The notes under the pieces are model-generated. The model did not search any database and had not been told where the DNA came from. It saw only the letters and a list, made by a program, of their open reading frames with translations. From positions 1 through 64,000 of the forward strand of contig JAUCBJ010000042.1 in the NCBI GenBank assembly GCA_032718475.1: 64,000 nucleotides of DNA. Reading direction: 5' to 3'. A program made the position numbers and the translations under genes. Positions 62,892 to 64,000 of this stretch are shown in pieces (within the stretch, counting starts at the first letter, position 1; each line of letters begins with the position of its first letter). This stretch comes from Nemertoderma westbladi (Eukaryota > Animalia > Xenacoelomorpha).

Positions 62892-64000
62892 ATGTATGTG
62901 ATTGGTGATATCATTAAATGCGCCCTCAATATTGGTAAATTGCCTACACAATTTGGCGACACATCCATGACATACCTATATAAGGACAAAGGAAAATACA
63001 TTAATATGGGTGGTTCCTACCGTCCTATTAGCTCGATCAGTGTTTTTGCGAAAATTTTCGAGTCACTTATATTGAGGAACTACTTGGATTGCTTAGTTTT
63101 AGAAAATAGTGACGCACAGGTGGCATACAAACAAAGTATCGGTGCCGACTTAGTGGTAGCAACAGCACTGGAATTAATCGAGTGTCAACGACAGCGTGGA
63201 GAAATAATGTTTATCTGTCAGATGGATATACAAGATGGGTTTGATAATATCGACCATTTAAAGCTATTTTATAAACTCTCTACCCGAATGAACCCACATA
63301 TATGCCGCTTGTTGATTGAATATTATTCTATCAGCAGGATCTTCTTTAGGTTTGGCAGCGAAATAGATGTCAACGGGTTTTATATCAAACGTGGTGTAAA
63401 ACAAGGGTCACTGATTTCACCTCACCTCTTCAACTTCTACCTGACGGATATGTGCAAACATCTGCAAGCAAAGGGATTTGGTTGCCATAGCAACAACACC
63501 TGCATTATAGATGCTGATGATATACTGTTATTATGTAATAATCCTGCTGAAGTTGAATTAATGGCGACTGAAATTAACTCTGAATTACAGAAGCTGGGAT
63601 TGCGAATAGAAATAGACAAAACAAAGTGGATGACTGCAGCTAGAGACGACAAAGAGACAACACCTTGTATTATTAATATAAACGGAACATTAATTCCAGC
63701 CTCCCCAACAATCAAGTTTTTAGGATACAAGCTATATTCTAGAATTCATGACATATATAATGACTGTTAAAGTCGATAGTAATACTATCCGAGACATTCC
63801 ATAGGGCTGGTTGGAATGCAAAACTGCTGAAAACAGACGACATTGCAACACTTTGGAAGTCTTATGCATTACCTGCAATCCCTTTGCATTCAACCTTGGA
63901 GCGTTAACAGAAAGTCAAAGGAATTTTATAAACACCAATAACCGGAAAACATTGCGCCCTTTACTATTTCTCGGTAACTCTACCATTCTTTCCTTATCTG
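62892..64000 (+). pseudogene. Decayed non-LTR reverse transcriptase (RTE-X-like; clade uncertain)
   Basis: SYRPISSISVFAKIFE, MDIQDGFDNIDH, RGVKQGSLISPHLFNFYL, DADDILLL, IKFLG. Stop at 63768 with broken continuation. Confidence 0.8.

Overview
Eukaryotic, probably invertebrate-animal, repeat-dense genomic DNA. It holds one clear host gene, a two-exon RELCH/KIAA1468 orthologue (17122-21289). It also holds four insertions of one BEL/Pao LTR-retrotransposon family: a minus-strand copy running off the left edge, a solo LTR, a 13.2-kb non-autonomous copy with 5-bp TSD, and an inverted LTR fragment nested inside that copy. The rest is LINE fragments (CR1, L2-like, RTE, RTE-X-like), several MITE/TIR and HINE-like elements, long palindromes, minisatellites and a ~28-kb purine-rich satellite domain that hosts four TE insertions. 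The most striking signal is that both BEL/Pao copies lack a tRNA primer-binding site. Instead, the 11-12 nt directly after the 5' LTR are the reverse complement of a homologous position inside their own LTR. The two subfamilies differ at 4 of 12 positions with fully compensatory changes, which points to tRNA-independent (Tf1-like) self-primed reverse transcription in a BEL/Pao lineage. All coordinates and counts were read by eye.
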